This document shows, piece by piece, positions 35,205 to 47,800 of a stretch of DNA of 64,000 nt (position 1 is the stretch's first letter; each line of letters starts with the position of its first letter). Made by a program: the position numbers and the translations under genes. The notes beneath the pieces are model-generated. The model did no database searches and was not told where the DNA came from. It saw nothing but the letters and a program-made list of their open reading frames with translations. The stretch spans positions 100,254,001-100,318,000 of the forward strand of contig NC_043003.1 in NCBI RefSeq assembly GCF_006345805.1, read 5' to 3'. This DNA comes from Octopus sinensis (Eukaryota).

Positions 35205-35603
35205 AGGCGCAGGAGTGGCTGTGTGGTAAGTAGCTTGCTAACCAACCACATGGTTCCGGGTTCAGTCCCACTGCGTGGCATCTTGGGCAAGTGTCTTCTG
35301 CTATAGCTCCGGGCCGACCAATGCCTTGTGAGTGGATTTGGTAGACGGAAACTGAAAGAAGCCTGTCGTATATATGTATATATATGTGTTTGTGTGTCTG
35401 TGTTTGTCCCCCTAGCATTGCTTGACAACCGATGCTGGTGTGTTTACGTCCCCGTCACCTAGCAGTTCGGCAAAAAGAGACCGATAGAATAAGTACTGGG
35501 CTTACAAAGAATAAGTCCCGGGGTCGATTTGCTCAACTAAAGGCGGTGCTCCAGCATGGCCGCAGTCAACTGACTGAAACAAGTAAAAGAGAGTAAAAGA
35601 GAG
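35205..35603 (+). mobile_element. Full-length tRNA-derived SINE
   Basis: Colinear with the 22808 copy. Confidence 0.85.
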
Positions 35604-35779
35604 AAAGATATACATATCGTAACTAATAATTATCAAGAAATTATATATAGATTAATGTGTTAACAACAATAATAATCACAATAATAATAATAATAATCAA
35701 ACTTAATACAATTCAAAAGTTAAATAATATTGTTAAATAAAAAAAGTTACTTAGCTTGTTGATGAAAATAATATAATAT

Positions 35780-36111
35780 AAAATTATTTACATCAAAAAC
35801 GTGCTTTTTTCTATGAAAATCCTTATTTTTTTACGATTTTTTCACTGCTGTGTTGCCACTTTTCGGTGTATTTCAACCAGAAAAATGTTCACTTGAAGAG
35901 AATAACAAGCTACATAATGCAAAATTTTTACGACCCGCTGGAATTGGAATTTTTGAAAAGTAAAAATTTTGCATTATGTAACTTGTTATTCTCTTCAAGT
36001 GAAAATTTTTCTGGTTGAAATACACCGAAAAGTGGCGACACAGCAGTGAAAAAATCGTAAAAAAATAGGTATTTTCATAGAAAAAAGCACGTTTTTGATG
36101 TAAATAATTTT
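35780..36111. repeat. Fold-back palindrome, arms ~152 bp, 28-nt loop
   Basis: aaaattatttacatcaaaaacgtgc...aaaatttttac / gtaaaaatttt...gcacgtttttgatgtaaataatttt; about 5 mismatches. Confidence 0.93.
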
Positions 36112-36284
36112 TGGTGTTAACATGGTCCGATTTGAATTTTATCTTCTACGGAAGGAAAAGCAACCCTTCTATCATACTCTCAATTTTGGTCAACTTGCGC
36201 CGCAGGGTCTCGGAGGAGATAGTGTTAGTTGAAGGTTACCAAACCTGGTGCACACAGACAACTTCAGCTTTATATAGAGAGAGA
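35932..36284 (-). mobile_element. Helitron 5' fragment
   Basis: A|TCTCTCTCTATATAAAGCTGAAGTTGTCTGTGTG start at 36284, similar in style to the 34301 and 43852 ends. Confidence 0.55.
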
Positions 36285-36849
36285 TAACACACACACATTA
36301 ATACACATACACACACACACGTATGTATGTATATATGTACATGAACCCAGGACCATGTGTTTGGAATGTAGTTTGTTACCACACAGCCACACCTGCCCCT
36401 ATGTATGTGTGTGTGCGTATGTGTGTATGGTTAGATATATTATGCATGTATATATGTGTATATATATGTGTACATATTACATGTACATCTATATATATAC
36501 ATCTACACATAAAATACAAAATACAAAGTTATATCTTGATATCGCTAGTGATAACAATACTCAAAATATATAACAGACTGGAATTGTAGGCCCGTCTCTT
36601 GCAATTTCGATCAGTTGGATCTTGTCCACCCTGCAGCGAAATTCATTTTTGGACTTTCTTCTATCGAAGGCATTTTAACAAAAATGCTTCCGTAAAGACG
36701 GTAAAGATATTGTCAATTTTCCCAAACAGGGACACAATTCAATTTTTAAACAATAACCAAAGCCCCGAAAGGGGGAGGGTTACGGTTTACAATTATTTAA
36801 CAAATGCAACACGTTTCCCTGGCGCAGAACCAACAAACGTGATTACAAT

Positions 36850-37281
36850 AGTCAAACAGTAATAATACTAACAACAAACCTTTTTGATTTATCCCCATTT
36901 ATGTGAAACCACTTATTCAAGTTCAAGTCATTGATGCAATTTTATACGAATTGCTAATACACACACACACACACTCACATAATAAGGGAATACTTTCACT
37001 TTAATAGTTTCACACTTGCAAAGAGAAAGTAGGAGAAAGTGTGGTGGTAATAGCAGGAGTAAACCACTTGAAATGTGAGAGGCAAATCGTAAAATATTGA
37101 ATTTTCTCAAATTTTTGCTTAATTGGGGGTCAAATTGAAAAAACTTGATATACCATGACCCAATCGAATCTATTTGGAAAAATCATAGGTAAATTCCAAT
37201 TGAAGAAATTCTATATTGTAGAATTGTATTAAAAAGAAACATGGGAACAGGCAGAGAAAATCTGCCTTTTATCATAAGAGA
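36850..37281 (-). mobile_element. Helitron-like 5' fragment
   Basis: A|TCTCTTATGATAAAAGGCAG start at 37281; left boundary uncertain. Confidence 0.45.
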
Positions 37282-37467
37282 TATATTTATTTATTTATTT
37301 CTGTAAGAGTTACAGGTTGGGAAGCCAACCAACTAAGGGATAGTACCTATCCAATATAGTGCTGGTAGTGTGCCCAATTATTAATACCCAAGTGCTAGTT
37401 ATTGCGTGACAATTTCGCAATCGAGTGTCATTTATGAGCAGGGGTAAAAAGTGGTTTACCCTTAATT

Positions 37468-37707
37468 TATATGGCAAAAAGAAAATGGAGAGGATGCAAA
37501 AATAACATACATCAGCTGATAGACATTCTGCTATGTCTATTTATTCCAAAACAAAAGGGAGTATTATAAGAATACATACACATGCAATGACTGTGTGCTG
37601 CACAGATCTTTTACTCCTTTATGTATTGGAATAAATAGACATAGTAGAATGTCTACTGGCTGATGTATGTCATTTTTGTATATCCTCCATTTTCTTTTTG
37701 CCATATA
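37468..37707. repeat. Older, diverged palindrome, arms ~95 bp, ~48-nt spacer
   Basis: tatatggcaaaaagaaaatggag...gggagta / tactccttt...ctccattttctttttgccatata. Confidence 0.85.
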
Positions 37708-39629
37708 TATATATAGCAAGACATCTGTGCTGTACCATACTTTAGCTTTTCAACACCTGACATAAAGCCACTACCCTCTCAAATCTATCTCCCTTTTTAG
37801 TTGCAGGAGCTTTTTCCTTTTCTGTTTTTTCCCCGTTTTCTGTTTTGCAAGTTACTTGGCAACCACACTAATATCAATGGTACGAAAAAAAAGCACCCAG
37901 CACACATTGTATTCTGGTTAGCATTTGGAAGGGTGTTCAGCCACAGAAATTATGTCAGAGCTGACACTGGAACTTGGCACAGCCCTCCAGCTTGGCAGAT
38001 GATGTTGTTGATGATATTACATCCCTTGTTAAACTTAGAGGAAATGTTTTTCTACACTTGGATACCTTCACTACAACTACTATTATTACTGCCACCACCA
38101 CTGAATTATAAATTCAGATAAAAATTTTCTTACATAAAGAATATAGGTTAACAGTGTCATTGTATAATACCCATAGAGTATATTTGGGAATTTTTATTGC
38201 ATAAAAACAATCTTATCCAGTATGCCAAGTACATGTATATACTGTGTAAAATAGAGGTTTATGAGTCCAATGTCACCTCAAGTGTATGTATGTATATATG
38301 TGTGTGTGTGTGTACATACACACATGGAACCTGGTAATAACCAGATTAAGGTATTATTTAAAAACCAGAGAACATATATTTCAAAACTTAGACACATAAT
38401 AACCCAAGTTATGCAGGCTGGCTGTGATAGGTGCAGACATCGTTGTATGGTTAAGAAGTCCACTTTGCAACCACATGCTTTCAAGTTCAGTTTCATGTAC
38501 TGCACCTTGGACATTTGTCTTCTGTTTCAGTCTTGGCTTTCTGAGTGAATTTGGTCAGTGGAAACTGTAGGAAGCCAAAAGTTGACAATGACATCAACAT
38601 TTCTGCTTTCATCAGACTGCTTTACTTGAGTACTTTTTTGGTTTTATATATTCTTATTTAGTAAGTTGGATCTTTTTGTGGGTGGGGGTAGCCATGTGAA
38701 AGATAATTAAGTGTGGTGTATGTAGACAGGGGAAGTAGTTGTGTAGGAAGTGGGTGTAGCAGAAGGTGTGAGTTGATAGAAAGTTATGATGAGAAGACTT
38801 ATTTCAATTTGATGTAGGAATTTTGTTATTGTTGAGGGTTTTGGCTGTCACTGCCAACTTTTTCCTTGTAAAAGTTTATATGTACTCTACTAAGGGTATT
38901 GAATAATCCTTCAGTTTGTTGTTTTTATATATAACTTGACATAGAAGCAAACATTTAATTCTGTGTGAACATGTGTATATGCTTCCTTGAAAATTGAGAG
39001 CTCGTGGATTTACTTGAATGAAACTGAACGATGTTTATATTTCTTGTTGACATTATAACTAGTTGCTTTTTGCTTTTAAAGATTTATGAAATAAAAATAA
39101 ATCTCATACTTGAAATCCAAGTAAAGAGTTTGACAGGAAGATTATCTGGCTGTAAAATCCTGGCTCAAGTACACCCCTCATCCAGTCTTGGCTTGCATGC
39201 AAAATTGGTGTCAAGTAAATGGAGGCTTGAACCAAGAGATCATTGTTCCAGCTTGTTCATTTCAAGGCTATTTTACCATTTATTCAGTTAGGGACAAAAG
39301 GCCATTAAACATGCTCAAAAATTTCCATAGGCCATCACCAAACATCACCATCATCGTTTAACGTGATCTGAAATCATTGGAAGATTAAATAACACAGTTC
39401 AACTAGGAACTGAGTCCACACCATTGGCATTTATCTTGCCACCATAACTATGCTATAGTGCTAATATTCTAGAGTAATTCAATATGACACTCTGTTGCTT
39501 CTATCATTAATGTTTCTTTAGTAAAATATGAAACTTTGATGATTCCTCTCAGTTCCAAGCATTTATAGAGAAAGAAGAGTACAGTTGATTGTATGATAAA
39601 TTCTATAAGGATTTAGTACCACCAAACTG

Positions 39630-39810
39630 GCCCTCGTGCTGGTGGCACGTAAAAGCACCTACTATACTCTCGGAGTAGTTGGCATTAGGAAGGGCATCCA
39701 GCTGTAGAAACTCTGCCAGATCAAATTGGAGCCTGGTTCGCCAGACCTCAGTCAAATCGTCCAACTCATGCTAGCATGGAAAGCGGATGTTAAATGATGA
39801 TGATGATGAA
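39630..39810 (+). mobile_element. RTE-tailed SINE 3' part
   Basis: ggtggcacgtaaaagcacc...gatgttaaatgatgatgatgatga. Confidence 0.8.
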
Positions 39811-40155
39811 GTGCAAGTTCAGTTTTGCAGTAGATTGAAACTCTTGCACTGTACTAAATCTTATTGACTCCAGAAGGATGAAAGACAAGACTGACCCTCA
39901 AAAGTATTGAAGAGTGAAATTAAAAACTGTTATAGGAGATTTACATAATAGAGTATATGATGTAATGAATTCTGTATGTCAGTAAAACTAAAAATATATT
40001 TTAAAATGGTTCTACATTTATACTGATATTCCACGGTCTCAGCCTTCTCACTTCTAAAGGTTTTAATTGAACTAATTAATTTATTTATTTTATAGATTGT
40101 CTGATGATGAATTGTCTCTACTTGAACCACTTTTACTTTGCTATTTTGTCTTTAG

Positions 40156-40277
40156 ATATGTGCGTGCCCTAGGAGCAATGTATATGAGACTTGTTGGAAC
40201 ATCTTTAGACTGCTTCAAATATCTGGAGCCTTTGTATAACGATTACAGGAAGTTGAGGAGACAAAATAAATCTGGAG
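40156..40277 (+). CDS. PRPF38A: PRPF38A coding exon 3
   Basis: YVRALGAMYMRLVGTSLDCFKYLEPLYNDYRKLRRQNKSG; tttAG / GTAAGA; phases match. Confidence 0.97.
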
Positions 40278-42106
40278 GTAAGAGAAGAATTCTTTATTTG
40301 CTTGTTTTGTGCGTAATATAAATAATTTCACTATCATTATGTATTAGTGGTCCTCAACATCACCATCAACTTATTGTCTTTTCCATACTGTCCAGTATGT
40401 GACTACTTGTTCCCTCTGTAAAGCCCAGTATAGTCACACATCTAACACTACTTCTACTTTCCAGTCATATTGGTCTCCTTCCACAAATACCCTCTACAGA
40501 TAAAGTGTACAACATTTTTTTCACCCCAAACTCATCATCCATTCACATTGTTATTGCATGTTTGTACCCATCAGGTGTAAAATAGCACTATCCAAATAAA
40601 ATCACAGAATTATGTTCACACAGAATGCACTCCATACTACTCAAACGTAAGTACGATATTAAACCAACACACATTGCACTAACACAGTAACCAATGTGGC
40701 CAACCAACACTCAACTGTCTTGACAGTTCACACAGTTCTTGTTTATTGAAATCCATTAGTCCACTTTCAGTCACATGGGGGGAATTCAGGATCCTCCCAC
40801 AACACACATCAGTTGTCTATACCATTACAAGTATTTTTCCTGCCCAGCCAGTCTCTCAGATTACATCTGCACAATTTTTCATATAGTTTAGCATTACAAA
40901 TCCTATGCCTCATTTAATGAGCTAATAAAGAAGTCTCTATATAGAAATTTGATCTGCTAGAAATATCCAAATTTCTTAAAATCACACCCTTTCATCTTAA
41001 AAAAAATGGATGAATACATGTAGTCCAAAATATACAAAATAATGAGATGGTCACTGCTGCTACACCTTCGATCATAAGTCTGAAGCTAAACAACAAAACA
41101 ATAACTTTAAATTAATGATGTGTGTAGCAATAACATAGTCATTACTGAATGCTAATCAGCATATGTAAGCTGTTAATTTTTACAAAGTTAAAATAACTAA
41201 TTGGTTTTGCCAGTAGCTTTAAACTAGTTCTTTTGCAGATTGCTGTAGAGTATTGTTCCATCTTATTCTTAATGGTTTATGCATGTACAAATATTCATCA
41301 CCATGTGAAATGACCAGCTAAACTAAGAAATTTCCCTAATTTCAATCGCTCATCATTCATTCATCTAACTTGTGTGCTTTGATTTAAAATAACCTTCAAA
41401 ATTTGTATTACTTCAATTCTTTAAATAACTTTCAAAACTCGTAATTCCTTAAATGCTTTGCAATATTCTCTCCCAGTTTCATAACCCATGTGTTCCCATA
41501 CTTTGCCATGATTTCCTCAGCGATCTCTCCCTCTCTCTAAAATTCATAAACATTCTTGCCTTGTTTTATAACTTATGTCTTTCTCATACTTGCCATGATT
41601 CCCTCCAGCAATAAAGTCTTTCAAGTCTCTCTCTCTCCCTCTCTGCCTGCCTTACTAGTCTCTTCTTACTGATATTTCCTGAGGTGAAGCTGGCCATTGC
41701 TTGTCTGCGATGTGCCCACCCATTCCTGCTCCCACCACCTATACCAGAAATCTCTTATACCAAAAGCCCTTAAGTAAGTCGATCTATGTGTTGTACTGCA
41801 GTCTCTGAAGCTCGAGCAGCAGTAGAGGAAGAATTTTTTGTTCGGCGTTCTGAATGTTGCACAGCAATACATGCTAACCAATCACAATGCTGCTCTTCAT
41901 TTTCCCTTCTTTGTGCTGAGCCAGCCTAAGTTCATTGAGGGAGTTCCTCCTGGCAGCATCCTTGACAGATTCATTTGCACGCATACGTTTACTTTTCTTT
42001 GCAGCATTTGTTTGCCGACCTATATTGGATCTTTTGCGTCGAGGCATGGTGGAAAATTATAAGTTTACACAATAGAAGTCCTAAGAAAAACGCGGTGAAT
42101 GGGGGG

Positions 42107-43388
42107 GAATTTCAACCGTGTTTCGTGGTCTGCTACCACAACAGCTCCTTTATAGGATCCAGTTAGCTCAAGACATCATCAGGAGGAACCACATCCGGTT
42201 TCGGCCCCTACTCCTCTACTGTTTTGACGTAGTGGGACCAACCCCCTTTCAAAAGTGTCTTCAGCTCTGGTGTTGGGTGCATGTCTCCTTTCTTCTTCTT
42301 TCTTCTGTTCCCTGGCCTCTTCAATGTAGCGTCAACGAGTGTCAGCGGGCGACTGACTGACTTGTCAAAGTTTTTCCCTTTAAATACTTGCTGCTAGGCT
42401 CCAGCAGGCAGCCCCAGCAAGTTGTCACGTGACACTGTCTCAACTTTAACTGACCAATGAAGGCGCGTAGTCTTAGCCCACGCATTCTCTAAACGACCGT
42501 CACCTGTCAGTCAGCGAAGCTAATTCAGTGTCAGCTTGCCTCACCTAGTGATGTTATTTTCCGCTGGCATGTTATGACTTTCAAACCATTTTTGGTCTTC
42601 TCACTTCAGCATATATAGAAGCTGGCTTTTTCGACCGCCTCCTGTACTCTCCTTATTAGTTTTCTCAGCTCCAAGCTAGAAAAAACAAATCTTCTTTTGA
42701 ATAGAGTTGTCATTTTTCTTTCAATGAAGCCCCTAGCCCCCACTGCTAGGTGGTAATACTCGACATTTCATCCCTGTTCTCTGCACTCTTCGATTAGTTT
42801 TTCGTACCTCTTCTCCTTTCGTACCTCTGCATTGCCGATGTTCTCTTCCCATGGCACTGTCAGTTCTAGCAAAATTCCTATTCTCCGTTCCCTGTTCCAT
42901 AGGACTAAATCTGGTCTTTTTGTCATTTTTATTAGTGGAAATATTACTTGTCTTTCCAAATCCGTGGCCACCTCCCAGTATCCCTTCTATCTTTTGTCTA
43001 TCTCGTATATTTTATTTGTAGGCCTGGTTTTATATCCTTTTCCCTCCTTCTGGAAGTATACTTTCCTAAGCTTTTCCACTTTTGGGTACTTTCCCCTATT
43101 GTACCTCTCGATCTTCTCCTTGAGTGCTGTGCTTATGCTGCCAAGGACTTGATTATGATGCCATGTGTACCTTTCTAGTGCTAGTCTGCAGTTTGACAGA
43201 ACATGTCTAACCGTCGCTTTCTCTCTGCATCTACACTCATCGGTTGTTTTTATGTTCCACTGGACTAAGTTCGCCGGTGAGGGTAGAACGTCGAAGGTAG
43301 ACTTGATCAGGAAGGATGTTCTTGCTTGTTCCCAAGCCCAAAGTTCCTTCTATGATATTCTGCGGTTGATCACATATTCCTCCCATCT
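42107..43388 (-). mobile_element. HERO/NeSL-like RLE retrotransposon, 5' truncated (copy 2)
   Basis: CCHC knuckle and PD-(D/E)xK endonuclease KRPDLVLW...LLELTVPWEE...KEKRYEKL, followed by the 3' UTR. Confidence 0.88.
42168..42221 (-). ncRNA. Candidate non-circularly permuted hammerhead ribozyme (copy 2)
   Basis: CAG-UA-GAGGAG UAGGGGCC-GAAA-CCG GAUGUGG UUCCUC-CUGAUGA-UGUCUUGA. Core intact; one mismatch each in stems II and III. Confidence 0.55.
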
Positions 43389-43852
43389 CAATAGTAAAAT
43401 GTAGCTGGCAAAAATGTTAATCAAACAGACTGAACAAAGGATTTTTAATTTTGGGTAAGAGCTTTGAAGTGGCTAGTTTAAGTTGGAATAATTATATGAA
43501 AAAGAGCGCTCATGTGAAAACAGGCAAATCGTAACTCACAAGTGAATACTACTGGCAGTACTGTGCAAGCAGTCGATAAGAGCTCGCCACAGCTGACAAA
43601 GTACATTATTGATGTTTTCCAGCTGGGTGTGTGTCACATTTTTTCGCTGGCTCAATCCAAATCCTAGGCAAATTGAGAGTAGTCTATTTAAGTTGGGGGT
43701 GCAGAATTTCAAGGAAAAAATTACAAGAAAAAGCATCCTTAGTGGAAGAGAGCACACACCAAATTTGGTGAAATTCGGTTGAAAATTCTAAGAATAGAAG
43801 TGGTTCACACAACACACAGACAGACACTAAACTTGCCTTTTAATATGTAAGA

Positions 43853-44859
43853 TATATCAGTTTGGTAGGAAAGTTTTTCGACACTTTTAACATAATAACT
43901 TTATTAACAATTAAAAAAAACAACAAAGAACAATCAATCCAAACGGTAATCACCCTTGTTATCGATCACCTTTTGTCATCTTTCAGGCAAAGTTTTGAAT
44001 TCTTTCATCCAGAAATCGCATGGCTTTGAATCAATAAAGTTGTAAAAGAATGATTTCCCATCTTCGTTTACGAACACTGTATCGCCAATCATGCGTTACA
44101 AGGAAGAGAATAAGTGGTAGTCAGAAGGGGCAAGTCAGGAGAATATGGTGAGTGCACCATAATCTCCCAGCCCGCCTCCTTCAGCTTCTCTGACATCTTC
44201 TTTGCATGATGTGCTGCCACGTTGTCTTGGTGGTAAATTATCTTCTTCAAATTTGAGTGTTTTTCGGCCAGCACAACTGTCGATTTGTTTGCAGTAGCCA
44301 TCTTGTCAATGGTGGTATTGCGTGGGAGAAGATCCAACATGATCACATCACGGCAATACCACCAAACTGAGATCATAACCTTCTTTTGTACAAGCGGTCC
44401 TTTTGGCGAAGGTTTTAGCTGTTGAGCGTTGCTGCATCTGGATCGTCTGCACCTCACGTTAGAGTACAGTACCCACTTTTCATCCATAGTGATTATTGAC
44501 TCCAACCAATCAAGTCTTCGGCTTCACCATGGCAGACTTTGGACATGCAGTGACACGTGCTTGTTTGTTCACTTCAGTCAATTCATGTGGCACCCATTTT
44601 CCAAGCTTGCTGACCTTGCCGAGACAATGCAGGTGGTTGATGATTGTGACATGGGAGACGCCAAACTGTATCGCCAAGTTGACGTGCAGTTTGCATTGGA
44701 TCAGCTTCAGTGACTTACAACAATGCATCATCATCAATCACTTCTGGGCGCCCACCTCGAGGTTGATCTTCCAGGGAATAATTAACAGATTCAATGCGCT
44801 GATACCAATTACCACAAGTACTTTTCAAGGCAGTGCAAGGGCCAAACACTTCACAGATT
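43853..44859 (-). mobile_element. Mariner transposon, degenerate, 5' end lost
   Basis: IITMDEKWVLY, KKVMISVWW, HQDN, HSPYSPDL, LEDQPRGGRP. TIR-like tatcagtttggtaggaaag next to TA at the left end. Confidence 0.9.
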
Positions 44860-47800
44860 AGTTCAACTGCATCATGCACAGATGTAGCGGTGGGGAGAGA
44901 TATAGGATAGTAAAAGAGGGTGAGAAATGGGGAGAGTGAGAGAGGGTATGTGTCTGTGTATCTGAAAGGAGTGTCAATGGAAAAGAGAAGGAAAGAAAGA
45001 AGGAAGAGAGAAGAAAAAATGCGTTTACATCTTTACAGCTGGTCATCTTTATTCACAAACCAAAAACCCGCTCTTTACACTGCCAAACCCCCTAATAAAC
45101 TGACACACACAATATGAAATACGACCATCGACCCAAAACCCCACAAAGACAGCAAGACAAACACGACTCATACAACCAACAACCTATAACACTTGGAGAG
45201 AACAAACAGAATATGAACAACCACCAACACATAACGCTGGACATTCTAAATGGATACACACATGGAGCAATAGACAAGTAGATATAAATCAACACATAAC
45301 CTACAACAAACATTGAGGAAATCCAAACCATACAAACATCAACCCCAAGCGACCCAACAAATTTGCAAGATGGATAGAAAACAACCTCCACTATCAAAAC
45401 AATACAAACACACAATATGAACCATTCAACTACCCACAAAGAAACCTGAATCCCAGGAATGGAAATTGGCCCAACAAACACAGAAGATGGGAAGAAAACA
45501 ACTACCACAGACAAAACAACCCATACAGACCATATAGACCACTCCTACCTCTACAAGAAAATCCAAGACCTGAAAATGGAATTTGGAGACGCAACAACAC
45601 AACCCCTTTTTTAGGGAAAGGATACTTCAACCATACTCCAGACCCAACACACCAAAAATTCCGAATGAACGCTCAAAGCACATAGACGCCAAAATATTAA
45701 ACCTATCTAAAAGAGAACTTAGCGAAAATGAAATGAACCTACTACTAAAAGGCCTCAAATTTACACCCACACCCACTCCAAATCTCATAGAACTAAAAAC
45801 TGATATAGACAACTTTAGCTGCTGCCTCTGCCTTATGGAATTCTTTGAAAATAAGGAAACAGAAGATAGCTCAATCAGAAGAAAACAATCCCATTTCACC
45901 CCTTACAAGGGAAGTGACAAACACCTAGACTCATACATAGAGACAATTTCCAAATTCCCTCTCAACACACATAAATGCAAACAGAGAAAGCAACATTAAA
46001 AAAAATTGGAACATTAGTTGATGAATACCAGGACTCTTTTACAGACAAGGAGAAAGACTATTTATGCAACTCAAGAACCAAAGAAAGCAACTTTTATGGA
46101 TTACCTAAAGTTCATAAAAGCTCTGAAATACTGAGAGCCATAAAGGAACAGAGGAACCATTATATAAGAATACAAAGACCTGAAGACCTCACAATGAGAC
46201 CAATAGTAGCAAGGCCCCAGGCGCCGACACAGCAACTAAGCCACTTCATAGATATACTCATCAAACTTTTATGCTCACTGATACCAAGCTACATAAGGGG
46301 TGACATAGACTTCCTCACACACATTCCAAATATGGTTCCGGAAAACACCATACTTGCAAGCTTATACACAAACTTATACACAAACATACCACACACCCTG
46401 GATCTGGAAGCGATAAAACAATGGGTAGAAAGATACAGGGCACTCATAGATAAACGTTTCAAAATAGACTTTATCACCAAAGCCACCCAATTAATTCTTG
46501 AAGAAAACACATTCTCATTTAACAAGACATACTGACAGATAAAGGGCACGGCTATGGGTACAAAATTTGCATCGTCATATGCCAACTTAGTGATGGGTTT
46601 CCTTGAGAACAAACTATATAAGATGAAATAGGGAAAGTCTTTGAACACGACTTCAGAGAAGACATCAAGAAAAAGTGGAAATGCTACCTCGATGACTGTT
46701 TTATCTTTTGAAACAGTTCAGAAGAAGATCTACGAACATTCCACAACATCCTCAACATACTGCACCCATCTATTAACTTCATGATAGATACCAGCCACAA
46801 CAAACTTCCCTTCCTAGACATCAACATCAAGATACATAACTCCATCGTCACAACAGACATCTACTACTACAAAACACCGACACACACCAATATTTAAATT
46901 TCTACTCCTGCCACCCATCCCACATAAAAAGAAACATTCCATATAGTATTGCAAGACACATATGCAACTTAGTGACCGACTCACAAACATGCCAAATGAA
47001 CTTAAAAACTTCCAACTAGAACAGAAATACCCACTCAAATTAATAAAAAATGGAATCTCAAAGAGCAATGAAACTGGACATCACACAACTCAGAACTCCA
47101 AAAACGAAAAACAAAGAAAACATCATTCCTTTCATAAACACACACAACCCTGGAGTAACCAACATGTTTCAAATAATACATCCAAACTTACAAATAGTCC
47201 TACAAAGCCTCAAAATGGGAAACATATTAAACAGATATTGCATAAAAAACAGTAAACGCCAAGAGAAAAACCTGAAGAAACAACTAATAGGGCAAAATTC
47301 TCATCAGAAACTAAAACTGAATTCTTTGTAAACGAGTGTGGAGATGGTAGATGTGGGATCTGCAGTAACCCCATCTATAAATATATAGGGGGAAACAAAC
47401 AAATAAAATTTAAGAGTGGTCACACATTCAAAGTAAATGCAGACATGAATTGCAAGCCGCAGAACGTAATATACTGCATAACCTGCCCCACATGCAAGGA
47501 GAATTATATAGGCGAAACTGGAAATTCTTTATGCCAATGAATCAGAATTCACCGACAACATATCCGACAGGAGAAACTGCGAAAGATTCCACTGAGTAAA
47601 CACTTAGATACATGTGGAGAATGAAAATTTAAGACCTTTCCCTTCTATGAATGTCCAAGGAATGACACCTTCTTCAGAAAAAAATATGGAAAAATACTTC
47701 ATAACAAAGTTCTCCCCCAAACTGAATGGCTGAAAATATTTCTGTAATGATTTGTACTGGATTAAGGACTAATTTTGTAAAGTAAATTGTATTAAACACA

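Larger units (their letters stand above)
41700..43852 (-). mobile_element. 5' part of an autonomous-type Helitron (TC terminus at 43852, leader, RepHel ORF start ~42046), interrupted by a HERO-like insertion
   Basis: A|TCTTACATATTAAAAGGC at 43852. Past the insertion, ccaccATG reads MPRRKRSNIGRQTNAAKKSKRMRANES, which resembles invertebrate Helitron RepHel N-termini. Confidence 0.55.

Noticed and set aside
36599-36862. 87-aa ORF as Helitron helicase or novel gene
   Set aside because: No recognisable helicase or Rep motif in any frame examined.
3579-37707. All palindromes as sequencing fold-back artefacts
   Set aside because: Arms carry substitutions and microsatellite length differences and vary in divergence, favouring real events. 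Not fully excluded for the near-perfect 24916 and 5411 cases.
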